A DNA stretch of 32,000 bases, from assembly GCF_000284115.1 (NCBI RefSeq), contig NC_017081.1:1-32000 (forward strand), read 5' to 3'. Position 1 is the stretch's first letter, and each line of letters begins with the position of its first letter. The position numbers were made by a program, and so were the translations under genes. Source of the stretch: Phycisphaera mikurensis NBRC 102666. GTDB taxonomy: Bacteria; Planctomycetota; Phycisphaerae; Phycisphaerales; Phycisphaeraceae. Shown one piece after another: positions 31,489 to 32,000 of this stretch. Below the pieces are notes generated by a model, which ran no database searches, was not told the origin of the DNA, and was given only the letters and a program-made list of their open reading frames with translations.

Positions 31489-31992
31489 TCAGTCCTTCGG
31501 GATGAAGGTCATGCCGCACTCGGTGCTGTTGCCCGGCACGCCGGTCGCCGCCTCGGGATGCATCACGCGGACCCACGCCCCGGTCGCTTCGAGAGCAGTC
31601 GGCGGACCAGCCGCGGCGGCTTCTTCCGGGGCAGAAGCTTCCGCGCTGGCCGTGCCCGGATTGCTTTGCTCGTCGTGCTGCATCCCGGCCATGCCCGCCA
31701 TCCCGTCGTGGTCGCCGGACAAGGGCGCCGGCTCGCCCGGGAGCCGGACGAGTGGGGCGGCTCCGCCGGGGCTGGCATCGGTGTGTGCGACCCCGGACCG
31801 GCCCGCGTCGCCGGGCGCGGGGTCGGCGCGCTTCACGGCCGGCGTGTCGGTCCGCGGCGGCAGCGGGGCCACCGCGGCGTCCGGGTTGCCAACTTGGCTC
31901 CCGGCGATGGCGGAGTCCTCAGGAAGTCTGTTTGCGCAGCCGGGCAGCAGGAGCGCGACCGTCAGCGCGGCCGCGGAGAAAGAGCGGGCCAT
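31489..31992 (-). CDS. Lipoprotein with Met/His-rich region and degenerate C-terminal heavy-metal-binding motif
   Basis: Lipobox LLLPGCAN, the Met/His-rich DHDGMAGMAGMQHDE, and a C-terminal VMHPEAATGVPGNSTECGMTFIPKD that resembles the MHP...CPxCGM.L.P domain seen at the CusB N-terminus, with the first Cys lost. Confidence 0.6.
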   Translation of the reverse strand: MARSFSAAALTVALLLPGCANRLPEDSAIAGSQVGNPDAAVAPLPPRTDTPAVKRADPAPGDAGRSGVAHTDASPGGAAPLVRLPGEPAPLSGDHDGMAGMAGMQHDEQSNPGTASAEASAPEEAAAAGPPTALEATGAWVRVMHPEAATGVPGNSTECGMTFIPKD

Positions 31993-32000
31993 TGGAAACG

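Noticed and set aside
1-32000. tRNA, rRNA, IS elements or an integrase that would define an insertion site
   Set aside because: Scanning both strands, I found no tRNA-like T-arm/acceptor patterns, rRNA segments, transposase or tyrosine/serine recombinase motifs, or terminal inverted repeats.

Overview
High-GC (about 70% by eye) bacterial DNA with a mosaic, accessory character. No rRNA, tRNA, CRISPR array, transposase, integrase, relaxase or T4SS gene was recognised. Most long ORFs in the six-frame track are antisense or out-of-frame shadows typical of high-GC DNA.

(1) 1-12.3 kb looks like part of an integrated conjugative or mobilisable element. It holds an AbiEi/AbiEii type IV toxin-antitoxin pair, a visibly lower-GC cassette of unknown genes, and a SprT-like metalloprotease. 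These are followed by a co-oriented minus-strand array: CoiA-like nuclease, RadC, a small ORF, ArdC and two small conserved plasmid/ICE proteins. radC, ardC and the 85-aa gene are each preceded by a paralogous 250-300 nt structured element with compensatory base changes. Its wobble pairs sit on the template (+) strand, so I read these as candidate single-strand (Frpo-like) promoters or radC-type leader motifs of a leading-region anti-defence island.

(2) 12.3-17.2 kb is bracketed by two convergent truncated RND-pump 3' remnants. It carries a 573-aa protein with a C-terminal RNxxAH (HEPN-like) motif, a small 2-TM protein, and a 617-aa protein whose C-terminus aligns by eye to the diadenylate-cyclase (DisA_N/DAC) fold with a degenerate RHR motif. 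Together these are a speculative nucleotide-signalling conflict cassette.

(3) 17.2-32 kb is one long minus-strand copper/silver resistance cluster. In transcription order it encodes a lipoprotein, a His-rich protein, a DUF2231-like protein, a Rieske protein, a sulfotransferase, a Cys/His-rich protein, a YHS/TRASH protein, the OMF, CusB, CusA, CopA and CopB. Many stop/start codons overlap. It also contains a CsoR-type operator-like palindrome, a G13 tract, and a duplicated cusA 3' end flanking copAB.
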